A program made the position numbers and the translations under genes. Below, piece by piece: positions 1-10,247 of a stretch of 64,000 nt of DNA (its first letter is position 1; every line of letters starts with the position of its first letter). The notes under the pieces were generated by a model. That model had not been told where the DNA came from. It saw nothing but the letters and a program-made list of their open reading frames with translations, and searched no databases. This DNA is from Ignavibacteria bacterium (GTDB lineage Bacteria; Bacteroidota; Ignavibacteria; Kapaibacteriales; UBA2268), in contig JAOAEE010000036.1 of assembly GCA_026416955.1 (NCBI GenBank), positions 24,455-88,454 on the forward strand. The letters are read 5' to 3'.

Positions 1-2
1 AT

Positions 3-1712
3 CCGATTGAATTTATTGTTCCTGAAGAAAAAAATAAACATTTGCGTGGTTTGGATATTAGTTCTGTTGAAAGACTAAATGATTGGTTCCAACTCGCTAT
101 TGAACGAGGGGAACCAACTGCTACCAATGTTTTTCCGTTCCGTGGTCCCGATACTCTCAGTATGTTTTTGATCTACCCAGTTTATGATAGGAGTTTCCCA
201 ATCACAAACAACAAACAAAGGCGCGAGGCTTTTAAGTCCGCAGTTCTAATGGAAATTGATATTCCTACCTTTTTTAAGCAATCGCTTGGGGCTGGTGTTC
301 CAAGCGATACGAGCATTGTTTTTTATTGCTTCCAAAAAGAGAACGATTTACTGGAAACAAGGTTGTTTAGTTCTGCTAATGCAAATCTTTTGCAAACCGG
401 CTACAAACCTATGATTACACAAACTTCCGAGTTCAATATACTTGACAAAAAAGTATACATATATTTTGCAACAGTTCCCGATTTTGGTGGTACATTTCAA
501 AAATATCTACCTTTGATTGCACTTGGGGTTTCGCTACTCCTTTCGTTCATTTTCTTCGGGTTGATAATTTCTATTACTACAAGTCGAGCCAGAGCAATTG
601 ATTTGGCAGAAAGAATGACCCGTTCGCAAAGGCGTATCCTTGAATCCACCAAAGACATAATTGCAGTTTTGGACTTCAACGGAACTTGGAAAACAATGAA
701 CCCTGCTTCGTTATCTTTACTTGGTTACGAACCTGTTGAATTAATAGGGAAGAAGATAGATATTTTATTTGCTAATACAAAAGACCTGAGCGACTTTTAT
801 TCTTATTTCGACGGAACCACGAACGAGGTTACAAAAAAGGTTGATTATTTAATGAAAGCAAAAAATGGAGAGCAAAGATGGATAAATTGGTCTTTTACAT
901 TTTCGCCCCAAGATGCTTTGATTTATGCAATAGGTCGTGATATTACACTTGAAAAGTTGGCTGAAATCGAAGAAAGAATAAAAGCAAAACAAACAATTCT
1001 TGCCGAACAAATTTCTCGCGAAGCAAGCGAATTTAAATCCTATTTTATGACAAAATTCAGCCACCAATTAAGAAATGCTCTAACAACGATTTCTGGTTAT
1101 CACCAAATCCTTGCCGAAGGTAAATATGATAGTATTGAAGAAATGCGAACATATCTTGAATTAGCAATTAACGAAACACAAGAACTTCTTAGCTCCTCGA
1201 CCGATTTATTTGATGTCGCTGAATTTGGGCAAGAAGGTTCGAAAATTTTGAGTACTATCAATATCTACAATGTTATGAACGAGGCGGTTGTGGAGTTCCA
1301 AAGAAAAGTACCACATAAAAAGATTTTGTTGAAATTCGAGGAAGGTAGCCAAAACGTAACAGTTGCAAGCGAAAGAGTTGAATTACGAAAAGCTTTCGAA
1401 ACTCTTTATCTTGCATTTATCAACGATATGCAGACACTTGAAATGCAAATACAAATTGTAGAAAGCAAGGTAGAAGGTATTGCGGAAATTCAAATTCTTG
1501 CAACCCCAAATGAAAACGTCTCGAAAATGATTGTTCTTTACAACGAAAACTATTCCAACCTAATAGAGGCACTTCGCTATGATACAGACGATATTCTTCT
1601 AAATCTTGCCCTTTTTGGCTCGATGATACGAACATTAAACGGGCAAGCTCGATTGGATACTCTTGGCTCCGAGGGGAATATAGTTTCTATTATACTTCCT
1701 AAAAGCCAATAA
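3..1712 (+). CDS. Sensor histidine kinase, 5'-partial: CHASE-like periplasmic domain, TM, PAS, HisKA and a degenerate HATPase-like C-terminus
   Basis: The frame is open back to the window edge with no upstream stop, so the TTG at 42 is probably internal. TM segment LPLIALGVSLLLSFIFFGLIISI. PAS-like stretch (IIAVLDFNGTWKTMNPA...GRDIT). H-box FSHQLRNALTTISGY. The C-terminal 200 aa lacks recognisable N, G1 and G2 boxes. Confidence 0.8.
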   Translation, partial: PIEFIVPEEKNKHLRGLDISSVERLNDWFQLAIERGEPTATNVFPFRGPDTLSMFLIYPVYDRSFPITNNKQRREAFKSAVLMEIDIPTFFKQSLGAGVPSDTSIVFYCFQKENDLLETRLFSSANANLLQTGYKPMITQTSEFNILDKKVYIYFATVPDFGGTFQKYLPLIALGVSLLLSFIFFGLIISITTSRARAIDLAERMTRSQRRILESTKDIIAVLDFNGTWKTMNPASLSLLGYEPVELIGKKIDILFANTKDLSDFYSYFDGTTNEVTKKVDYLMKAKNGEQRWINWSFTFSPQDALIYAIGRDITLEKLAEIEERIKAKQTILAEQISREASEFKSYFMTKFSHQLRNALTTISGYHQILAEGKYDSIEEMRTYLELAINETQELLSSSTDLFDVAEFGQEGSKILSTINIYNVMNEAVVEFQRKVPHKKILLKFEEGSQNVTVASERVELRKAFETLYLAFINDMQTLEMQIQIVESKVEGIAEIQILATPNENVSKMIVLYNENYSNLIEALRYDTDDILLNLALFGSMIRTLNGQARLDTLGSEGNIVSIILPKSQ

Positions 1713-1766
1713 TCTTGTAACTATTTGTTAATTAATTTGTTACTCTATTGATTTTATGGGGTTGAA

Positions 1767-2975
1767 ATGAAAAGAATTTTGTTTTTTCTTTATGTTTTTT
1801 CTTTACTGTTATATTCTTGTGTTCAAAATGTAACAGAGGTCGAAAAGCCAATACGACCTTTGAACGAGGTAGAAACTCGATTAATTTCGAATTCAAATGA
1901 TTTTGCTTTTAAACTGTTTAAAGAAGTAAACAAGGAGAATACTGGTAAGAATTTGTTTATTTCCCCTTTTAGTGTTTCCATCGCATTGAGTATGACTTTG
2001 AATGGTGCTCGTGGCGAAACCTTCGAGGAAATGCAATCAACTCTTTCTTTCGAAAATCTTACTATGGAAGAGATTAATTCCGCTTTTAAAGAATTGTTTC
2101 CAATGCTTAGAGAATTGGACAAGAATGTCCAGATGGATGTTGCCAATTCTATTTGGTGTCGGAAGGATGTTCTTTTCGTTACTGAATTCTTGGAAACCTT
2201 AAGGAATTACTACGATGCAAAGTCCGAAACGTTAGATTTTACCTCCCCAGAGGCTGCCAAAATAATTAATAAATGGGTTGAAGAAAAAACCAAAGGTAAA
2301 ATCAAAAATATGTTGGAATCAATCCCAGATTATGCGGTAATGTATATAATTAATGCTTTGTATTTCAAAGGCGTTTGGAAATATCCTTTCGATAAAAGTA
2401 AAACGCGGGACGGAGATTTTGCAATCTCGGAAAATAATTTTGTAAAGGCAAAATTTATGTTTCAAGTTCGAGACTTCGATTGCTATTTTGGAGATGAATT
2501 TTCTGCTCTTCGTTTACCCTACAGCAAAGGAAACTTCTCTATGATGGTAATTCTGCCAAAATCAGAGTTCCACATTAACGATTTTGTTGCAAATTTTAAT
2601 CGAAGTAAGTGGGAAACTTGTTTATCAAATTTAAGAAAAACAGAAGAGGTTACTGTCTATATGCCGAAATTTAAAATTGAGTTCGAAACAAGCCTAAAAA
2701 AGGTGTTGACATCATTAGGAATGAAATTGGCATTTACAGACGAGGCAGATTTTTCGAATCTTTGTAGAGTTTTGCGGTGCCAAATAACTGAGGTAAAACA
2801 TAAAACTTTTGTTGAAGTTGATGAGGAGGGAACCGAAGCTGCCGCTGCTACTTCTGTCGAAATTGGATATACTGCTTATAAACCCGCGTTTTATTTAAAT
2901 AGACCCTTTGTTTTTGTAATTTACGAAAAGCAAACTGGTGCAATTCTGTTTATGGGTAAATTAGTAAATCCTTAG
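1767..2975 (+). CDS. Serpin (serine protease inhibitor), predicted lipoprotein
   Basis: Signal peptide with lipobox (LLLYSC). Serpin core FISPFSVSIALSMTLNGARGETFEEM. Reactive-centre hinge EEGTEAAAATSV followed by NRPFVFVI. Confidence 0.9.
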   Translation: MKRILFFLYVFSLLLYSCVQNVTEVEKPIRPLNEVETRLISNSNDFAFKLFKEVNKENTGKNLFISPFSVSIALSMTLNGARGETFEEMQSTLSFENLTMEEINSAFKELFPMLRELDKNVQMDVANSIWCRKDVLFVTEFLETLRNYYDAKSETLDFTSPEAAKIINKWVEEKTKGKIKNMLESIPDYAVMYIINALYFKGVWKYPFDKSKTRDGDFAISENNFVKAKFMFQVRDFDCYFGDEFSALRLPYSKGNFSMMVILPKSEFHINDFVANFNRSKWETCLSNLRKTEEVTVYMPKFKIEFETSLKKVLTSLGMKLAFTDEADFSNLCRVLRCQITEVKHKTFVEVDEEGTEAAAATSVEIGYTAYKPAFYLNRPFVFVIYEKQTGAILFMGKLVNP

Positions 2976-3120
2976 TTTGCAAATAGATTTGACAATCAAA
3001 ATGGTATTTTCTTTACGAAAGAGTTTCCTTCTTCTTATTTAGAATTTATTTTCTATGGGTTTTCTTATTAATTCTTGATTGAAATTTATTACTCTTTTTT
3101 ATAAAGATTAATTTCAAAGC

Positions 3121-3149
3121 GAAAGAGAATAGATAATCTACTCTCTTTC
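3121..3149. terminator. Possible hairpin between the convergent serpin and PEPCK genes
   Basis: GAAAGAGA..TCTCTTTC forms an 8-bp stem. It is flanked by an A-run on the plus strand, which is a T-run 5' of the stem on the minus strand. No clean 3' U-tract in either orientation. Confidence 0.3.
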
Positions 3150-3188
3150 AAAAAAAGCGATTCTGAAAATTTTCTTTTACTTTCCAGT

Positions 3189-5075
3189 TTAATCAACGAT
3201 TTCGAATAGTTCGGGCGAGATATAATCACCGAATTTAGCTTTGGCTTCCAAAAGTCGTTGCTTTTGGGCTTCGAGTACCTCGAAAATAACGCTAGGAACA
3301 TTTTCTTCCTTCGACCAGAAATTAGTTACTCTCTCGATTTTCAATAAGTTTTCGGGAACACGTATTGTAAATTGCTTAATATAGTCCTCTTTCGAATAAG
3401 TTTTATTTAGAACGCTTTGGAATAACCCAACCAAATCCTCGTAAAGTGGAATTAAACCGGTAGGAGTTTTACGGGCTTTTACATCATTATTTACTCTAAG
3501 TTCCATCCATTTTACCCAAATATGTTTGTCTCTTCTTGAATTCAAGAACTCCCCAGTTTGCAAATCTTTTAGGAAATAATTTACTCCGAAAATAAATGGT
3601 ACTTTGCTCAAGTTTTTGCCAAATTGTACATAATTTGCAACATATTCGCCAAGAGGTATCGAAACAAAGTCTTGAATACTCATTACATTAATTTCGTATT
3701 TACCCTCTTGCCCGACAATCGCAAAAGTGGTTTCGGTCTCTAATGCTGCACCATATGCAACAACACCGTGTGTCCAGTCGTAACTTTGCTGAACAGGGAC
3801 ATAAGCGCGATAATCTCTTCCGCCGAACATAATACCAGAAAGTATAATTCCCTCGGGATTTTCTAACTCAATATCGCAATTTGGTAGAGCAGACAACGCA
3901 ACAGTATAGCGTGCATTTTTGTGGGCTGGGGGAATTTCGTTGCCTTCCTCGTCTTTTTTGCCTTTGTACCAATGCCCACTAAAATTAAACCCTTCGGTGG
4001 GTATATCGCAACCCATACCAAGCCACCAAGTTCGGCCATCTTTTACAAGTACGTTACTAAAGATAATCTCGCCGGGTGAAGTCAAGGTTTGCCAAATTAA
4101 TGGGTCATCTTGGGGGTTAATATCTTGAATTATTCCAAAAATACCTCGTTCAACATTTACTGCACGGCATTCCCCATTTACATTTCTAATATACATAAGG
4201 TCGTCGGCGAAAATTGTTTCGCCGGGAAGCATTGCTGTGGAGGTTTTTCCACAAGCGGATGGAAAAGCACCCGCAAGATAAGTTTTCCTTCCGTTCGGAC
4301 CCTTTACCCCAATTGCCATAAAGTGTTCGGCAAGCCAACCTTCTTTGTGGGCTTTTCTAATAGCCAATCTTAATGCAAGTTTCTTAAAACCAACAGAATT
4401 ACCAGCATATTGAACGTTTACGCTATAGACGGTGTCTTCGATATAGTCGATATATATTCTCTTTTTGTCATAATCAACACTTACAACATTTTCGTCGAGT
4501 TTTCCAGCCGAATGCAGCGTTTTGAATATTTGAGTTCCTTCCGGGATTTTGCAAAATGTTTTGTACCCTTTGCGATATAGTAAGTCGACGCTGTGGGCGA
4601 CATACCAAGAATCGGTACATTCCATACAAGGTATAGTAAAAATTGAATCGGCTGGACCAAGTGTTAGAAATCTAACAATCATAGTTTTACCTTCCATCGC
4701 ACCTTTAAGTAGGCCAAGGACTTCTTGCAAACCCTCGTTCCTTTCGATTTGGTTCAATGCTGGACTTAAATATTCCCCCTTTGGTACAAGGAATTTAGTT
4801 ACCTCTCGGTCGCGGCCTTGGTCGTTAATTCCATCGAAATGGTAAGTATGTCCCGGGATTAGCAGTGCGGCGGATTCTTCGCGTGAAACTATTGCCATAT
4901 TCTTAATATGTGCAATTTCGTCGGGGGTATCGGAACAAATGTAAACATCTTTGGGTTTGCAAAGTTCAATAGATTCAAGGATAAACTTATGAACATCTGA
5001 ATTTGGAATTTTCAACAATTTTTCAAATTCAGAAGCACTAAGATATTGCTTTAACGTTTCCAAAAAAGAATTCAT
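3189..5075 (-). CDS. pckG: Phosphoenolpyruvate carboxykinase (GTP)
   Basis: 628 aa. GTP-PEPCK kinase-1a motif GAFPSACGKTSTAM. Strong SD (AAGGAGG) 7 nt upstream of the ATG. Confidence 0.95.
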   Translation of the reverse strand: MNSFLETLKQYLSASEFEKLLKIPNSDVHKFILESIELCKPKDVYICSDTPDEIAHIKNMAIVSREESAALLIPGHTYHFDGINDQGRDREVTKFLVPKGEYLSPALNQIERNEGLQEVLGLLKGAMEGKTMIVRFLTLGPADSIFTIPCMECTDSWYVAHSVDLLYRKGYKTFCKIPEGTQIFKTLHSAGKLDENVVSVDYDKKRIYIDYIEDTVYSVNVQYAGNSVGFKKLALRLAIRKAHKEGWLAEHFMAIGVKGPNGRKTYLAGAFPSACGKTSTAMLPGETIFADDLMYIRNVNGECRAVNVERGIFGIIQDINPQDDPLIWQTLTSPGEIIFSNVLVKDGRTWWLGMGCDIPTEGFNFSGHWYKGKKDEEGNEIPPAHKNARYTVALSALPNCDIELENPEGIILSGIMFGGRDYRAYVPVQQSYDWTHGVVAYGAALETETTFAIVGQEGKYEINVMSIQDFVSIPLGEYVANYVQFGKNLSKVPFIFGVNYFLKDLQTGEFLNSRRDKHIWVKWMELRVNNDVKARKTPTGLIPLYEDLVGLFQSVLNKTYSKEDYIKQFTIRVPENLLKIERVTNFWSKEENVPSVIFEVLEAQKQRLLEAKAKFGDYISPELFEIVD

Positions 5076-5498
5076 TTCTGTAACCTCCTTTTAGATATTT
5101 TTTATTACATAAACACAATCTTATCCTAAGGTAAAAAATAGTTTACTTTATAAGTTATTATAAATTAATTGAAAAATACAAATTATAAATTTTTTATTAA
5201 TCAAAATAAAATTCAATAATATTTTTTGTTCTGTGTACTTTTTGTTTTAATGTTTGTTCCATTTTCCCTTGTAATGTTAAGTAATTAAGAATGTTTTATC
5301 CATTTTGAATTTAGTTGCTATGTACATCTAAAAAATTGATAAAAAATAGTTTTTCTGAAAATTTACTTTTTAGATAGGATAAATTTCCTTTTCAATAAAG
5401 AGCAAATAATAGGAAAAGAGAAACTCAAAATAATATTGGTTAATCTCTGAAAAGTAAGATTTTTGTTAATTTGTGTTTTAAATAAAAAAAGTTAATAT

Positions 5499-7568
5499 AT
5501 GAAACCATTACGAATTTGCTTTCTTTGGCACCAGCATCAACCGTATTACCGATTAGAAAACCGATTTATTCTTCCTTGGGTTCGCTTTCACGGTGTTAAG
5601 GATTACCTAGATTTGCCCCTACTTTTAGATGAGTTTCCACAAATGAGGCAAACTTTTAATATAGTTCCATCTTTACTTTTGCAACTAATCGAATATACTA
5701 ACGAAGGTGTATACGACCGTATCCAAGAACTTACCAAAAAGCATCCATCCGAATTGTCCGAGGAAGAAAAAAACGAAATTAAAAAGCAGTTTTTTGTTTG
5801 CAATTTTAACAATTTGATTTTTCCCTACGAACGATATTTGGATTTATATAAAAAAGCTAAATCAAATGAAGAATTGAGTGAACAAGATTGGCTCGATTTG
5901 CAAGTTTGGTATAATCTTGCCTGGATTGGACAACTAACTCGACAAAAACCTCAGTTTCGAAGGTATTTTACCAAAGGAAGGAATTTTACTCAAAAGGAAA
6001 AGGAATACCTTATTGAGGAACAATTAAAACTGCTCGAAGAAATTATTCCTACATTAAAAAGGCTTTGCAATCTTGGTCAAATTGAATTAAGTGTATCTCC
6101 TTTCTACCATCCAATTTTGCCTTTACTTTGCGATTCGGGTGTTGCTAAAGTTGGTTTACCAGAACTAAAAATTCCCGAACCACCGTTTGCCTATCCCGAG
6201 GATGCTAAATTGCAAATTCTCGAAGGAAAAAAATTTTTTAAGTCAGCTTTTGGGTTCGAACCAATTGGATTATGGCCCTCCGAAGGTTCACTCTCAACAG
6301 AAGTTTTAAATATTATTTTAGAACAAGATTTCCAATGGACTGCTACCGACGCTAAACTCTTGTTCAAAACAATTGGAGAGGGAAACCAAATACTTCAATA
6401 TTTTCCTTTTGTCTACGAGAAAGATGGGCGAAAATTAGTTTTGTTTTTTCGCGATAGCTTGCTTTCCGATGCAATTGGGTTCACATATCAAAATTGGAAC
6501 TCCGATGATGCTGTGTTGGATTTTGTGAACATTTTGAAATTGATTAGAAGTAGAATTGTTGATGCTTTTGGCGAGGATTCGCTTGGGCTTGCTTGTGTAC
6601 CCATTATTCTCGATGGAGAAAACTGTTGGGAATATTATAAAGACAATGGAGTTCCATTCCTTCGAAGGTTGTACGAGACTATTTTGAACGAGCCGACAAT
6701 TGAAACATATACTTTCGGCGATATTGTTGCTTCAATTCCCAAAGAATATAAATATTTTTTAAAGGCAATTTACCCCGGGTCTTGGATTAATGCAAATTTT
6801 TATACTTGGATTGGACAACCAGCTAAACAAACAGCTTGGAGTTTCCTTTCCAAAGCAAGAAAAGAAGTCGAAAATCATAAAAGCAACAAAGAACTTTACG
6901 AAAAAGCGATGAAGTTGATATTGATTGCAGAGGGTTCCGATTGGTTTTGGTGGTATGGCGACGACAACATTGCTCCTAACAAAGACGACTTCGATAAGCT
7001 GTTTCGTTGGTATTTGCGAAAAGTATACGAAACGCTTGGTGAAACAGCTCCCGAAGAATTAGATAACCCAATTGGGAATATCCCATATATTAGTCTTTTG
7101 AATATGCCTACCAAGCAAATCACAGAGAACAATCGAAGGAATTTGAACATTGACTTGGGCTGGGGTATGTTCTATGCTAAATCTGCTATTGGTACGATGC
7201 AAGCAAATAAAGCATTTATTTCCGAAATTTACTTTGGTAACACAAAAAAAATGTTTCTCATTGGATTAAAATTTTTAAGGAAATTAGAACTAAGCGATAA
7301 AGTTTGGATATATATAAACTCTCCTAAAGAATTGGAAATTGAACTTGGAGCTAATGAGATTACTTTCAAGACAGAGGGAACAGTTGCGATAAACAATTTT
7401 TATTTTTCATTTGATGAAGATATTGTTGTTGGGGTGGATTTGCAATCGATGTTTGGAGCGAAAGAGAACTTTACTGGTTCGTTGCTTGAATTTACAGTAA
7501 AGACTGAAAATGAACTTGGCGAAATGAGGTATCCTTTCGATGGAACTTTTACCTATTTCGTAGTGTAA
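5499..7568 (+). CDS. Glycoside hydrolase family 57 (alpha-amylase / alpha-glucan-active enzyme)
   Basis: N-terminus LWHQHQPYY...WVRFHGVKDYLD. WPSEGS (nucleophile region) and ILDGENCWEYY (acid/base region) are typical of GH57. Confidence 0.85.
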   Translation: MKPLRICFLWHQHQPYYRLENRFILPWVRFHGVKDYLDLPLLLDEFPQMRQTFNIVPSLLLQLIEYTNEGVYDRIQELTKKHPSELSEEEKNEIKKQFFVCNFNNLIFPYERYLDLYKKAKSNEELSEQDWLDLQVWYNLAWIGQLTRQKPQFRRYFTKGRNFTQKEKEYLIEEQLKLLEEIIPTLKRLCNLGQIELSVSPFYHPILPLLCDSGVAKVGLPELKIPEPPFAYPEDAKLQILEGKKFFKSAFGFEPIGLWPSEGSLSTEVLNIILEQDFQWTATDAKLLFKTIGEGNQILQYFPFVYEKDGRKLVLFFRDSLLSDAIGFTYQNWNSDDAVLDFVNILKLIRSRIVDAFGEDSLGLACVPIILDGENCWEYYKDNGVPFLRRLYETILNEPTIETYTFGDIVASIPKEYKYFLKAIYPGSWINANFYTWIGQPAKQTAWSFLSKARKEVENHKSNKELYEKAMKLILIAEGSDWFWWYGDDNIAPNKDDFDKLFRWYLRKVYETLGETAPEELDNPIGNIPYISLLNMPTKQITENNRRNLNIDLGWGMFYAKSAIGTMQANKAFISEIYFGNTKKMFLIGLKFLRKLELSDKVWIYINSPKELEIELGANEITFKTEGTVAINNFYFSFDEDIVVGVDLQSMFGAKENFTGSLLEFTVKTENELGEMRYPFDGTFTYFVV

Positions 7569-10232
7569 TTAAAAAAGTTTACTACCAACTGAAAAATATA
7601 ATTGAAGCGGACCCCAAACAGTTGTATTTGGATTTTTCAGGAAATAAAAAATATTTCCAGCCGAGAAACGAACAGGACCAATTGGGGTGTCGAAGCCTAT
7701 CGAAAAACCTATTCCGTGCTTTAATTCACTTATTCTAATTACTTCAAAATGTTCCCAAACGGAACCCAAGTTGTATGTTAATGTTAAATAAGTATCGAAG
7801 TAAATTTTGAATGGTAAATGGTATTGAAAATCTAATTTTGCGTTAAATATTTGTCGACCAAGCATTTCATCTTTTAGGAAACCGTAAAAGTTTTCCTCCC
7901 CGCCAAGAGCGAAGAAGTCTGGGAATGGTAAAGTGTTGTCAGCAAAACCGAATAATATCGTTGGTCGTATAACAAAATCGTTGAACGAAAAGTGATTTGA
8001 ATGCAAAAAAACAGCTCTTGTAAACGAAGAGTTTTGTGGCAATTTGAAAAGTGGTGTTTCTAAGAAAATGTTAATAAATCGACCATCGGTAGAAAACTCT
8101 GCTTTATCGCGGGAATCGAAAATTAATCCAATAATGAGGTTACTAATATTATAAAATGGTGGTTTTTGCTCCTCGTTCTCGTCGTAGTATCTTTGCTTTT
8201 CGAACTTAAGTCCTACTGAAAGATTTCCTAAGCGTTCGATTTGTGTTCCAGCGGAAAAATTGAAACTATACTTTTCGGTTTCAATGTTTTTAAGGAGAAA
8301 ACTTTCATACTTGTTTAAGGGGCTTGGCTTTTTCCTTTCGAAAATAGGTACAATACGATAGTGGTAGAACCCCTCGGCGGACAATGTAAAGTTAGTTTTC
8401 CAGACTCGAGGTTGGGAAAAATTGATTTTGGCTAGCAAGTCGGTTTTGCAACCCCAGAAAGAAACCAAGAACCTTGTCCCAGTGTTGAAAAGATTTTCGT
8501 GGATCAAGTCTATTCCACCTTGTAAATTATTTTCACTATCGACACGGAGCAAGAGATTTAGAACTTGGGTGCCGCGCTCGTTTGCAGAAACAAAAATTTC
8601 GCAAGAAGAGTTTGTGGTATCGATTTGAAAGTCGATAAAAACATCGCTGAAAAGACCAGTGCTTATTAGATTGTTCCAAGATTGTGCAATTTCTTCTGAA
8701 TTTGTGAAGTCCCCTTCTCGGAAAGTAAGTTCTCTTCGGACAATGTATTCGCTCGTTTTTATTCTATTGTCTATTGTTATTCTACTAATTCTGTTTGGGG
8801 AGATTTTTAAAGTCAAATTTTTCGAAAAACTACTTGGTGCGATTTCAATTTTTACAAATGAATAACCATCTTTGGCAAAGGCTTTTTTCGCTGTCTCTGT
8901 AATTTGCTTCCGAGTAAATGGATTGTCGCAATGTCCAATAAATAGAGAAAGGAGACTATCTGCTTTCTTATTATTAAGGGGTGGTTCGCATATACACTTA
9001 ATTCCATCGATTTTTGGATATTTTGAGAGTTCAATGATTATTAAACCTTCTTTTTCGGAAAAGATTCTAACTTTTTCGACTTCGTTTCTGTCGAGGTTGA
9101 GAAAGAAGGTCTGTAATGGAACTCCATCGGGTTCGGTTGTTAACTTATAAAGTTCGTTGTTTTCTTTGTCCAAATCTAGTTTCAATTGCTTGACAGCAAG
9201 AATTCCTTCCAAATCATATTCTTTCCTAATTTTTTGAATGTAAATATTGATTAGGGAGTCTTTATAAAGATTAATAATTTCTCTTAGTTTTGGAAGTGAA
9301 TTCAAAGCACATTCTTCCCCTTTTCGAACAAGGGTGTCCAACCCGTTAAAATTATCGTTTGGGTGGTCTCCGATATCAGGGGTTAAAACCAAATCGGCTT
9401 TGGTTAATGCTTCGGTGAAGTAACGGTCCATATATATCGAGATAATTTGCGAGGCAAGTGTCCAAGGTTTATTTAAATCTTCTCTTTTTAAAATAGGAGT
9501 TGTAGTGTTAATTCCGATTACAATATCGGGTTTTAATTCCAAGGTTTGTTCGACTGGAAGGTTTGCGAAAAGCCCACCGTCGACTAATATGGCTGTATCC
9601 GATTGAATTGGTGTGTTCAACAATGGGATTGCAGCACTTGCTCGCATAGCAGTTGTTAGGTTCCCTTTGCCAATAGAAATTGTTTTTCCTTTTACGACAT
9701 CAGTAGCAACTGCTCTAAATGGAATTTTTAACTTATCGAAATCATTCGAAATGTAGGCTCCATTCCATATTAATTTTTGGATAAAAGAGTTAAACTTCCA
9801 ACCCAATGAAAGAGCTTGAGGATAAACGAACTTGAAATTTTTGAACCGTAAGGTAGCAAATGTCCTATCTTGAATAACCTTTTGGTCGAAAAATAATTCA
9901 CTCCTATCTTGTTCTTGAAGTATTGTTAATACATTATCCCATTTTGTAGTCAAGGCTATTTCTTCAAGTTCCTTTGGGGAATAGCCAACTGCATATAGTC
10001 CACCGATGAAAGCTCCAATACTCGTACCCGTTATTGCATATATTGGTATATTCTCCTTTTCTAATATTTTCAATACCCCTATTTGGGCAATTCCCCTTGA
10101 ACCACCTCCACTAAGTGCTAAACCAATTTTGACTTCTAAATCAAGAGGTGAAAAAATAATTTCCTTTGAGAAAAGAAACAAAGTATTGGTAAAGAAGAAC
10201 AAAAAAATTGCGACCAATTGTTTAGATTTCAT
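7569..10232 (-). CDS. Patatin-like phospholipase fused to POTRA and an Omp85/surface-antigen beta-barrel (type Vd autotransporter-like, PlpD/FplA type)
   Basis: Signal peptide. Patatin motifs GGGSRG (oxyanion hole), GTSIG (G-x-S-x-G) and VDGG (catalytic Asp). The C-terminal ~350 aa has an alternating beta-strand pattern and ends in ...LYFSVGSKLF. Confidence 0.85.
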   Translation of the reverse strand: MKSKQLVAIFLFFFTNTLFLFSKEIIFSPLDLEVKIGLALSGGGSRGIAQIGVLKILEKENIPIYAITGTSIGAFIGGLYAVGYSPKELEEIALTTKWDNVLTILQEQDRSELFFDQKVIQDRTFATLRFKNFKFVYPQALSLGWKFNSFIQKLIWNGAYISNDFDKLKIPFRAVATDVVKGKTISIGKGNLTTAMRASAAIPLLNTPIQSDTAILVDGGLFANLPVEQTLELKPDIVIGINTTTPILKREDLNKPWTLASQIISIYMDRYFTEALTKADLVLTPDIGDHPNDNFNGLDTLVRKGEECALNSLPKLREIINLYKDSLINIYIQKIRKEYDLEGILAVKQLKLDLDKENNELYKLTTEPDGVPLQTFFLNLDRNEVEKVRIFSEKEGLIIIELSKYPKIDGIKCICEPPLNNKKADSLLSLFIGHCDNPFTRKQITETAKKAFAKDGYSFVKIEIAPSSFSKNLTLKISPNRISRITIDNRIKTSEYIVRRELTFREGDFTNSEEIAQSWNNLISTGLFSDVFIDFQIDTTNSSCEIFVSANERGTQVLNLLLRVDSENNLQGGIDLIHENLFNTGTRFLVSFWGCKTDLLAKINFSQPRVWKTNFTLSAEGFYHYRIVPIFERKKPSPLNKYESFLLKNIETEKYSFNFSAGTQIERLGNLSVGLKFEKQRYYDENEEQKPPFYNISNLIIGLIFDSRDKAEFSTDGRFINIFLETPLFKLPQNSSFTRAVFLHSNHFSFNDFVIRPTILFGFADNTLPFPDFFALGGEENFYGFLKDEMLGRQIFNAKLDFQYHLPFKIYFDTYLTLTYNLGSVWEHFEVIRISELKHGIGFSIGFDTPIGPVRFSAGNIFYFLKNPNTTVWGPLQLYFSVGSKLF

Positions 10233-10247
10233 TCAATGGAATTATTA

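Noticed and set aside
3089-3301. 70-aa minus-strand ORF spanning the pckG stop and the downstream intergenic region
   Set aside because: It overlaps the 3' end of pckG in another frame, is low-complexity, and has no SD.
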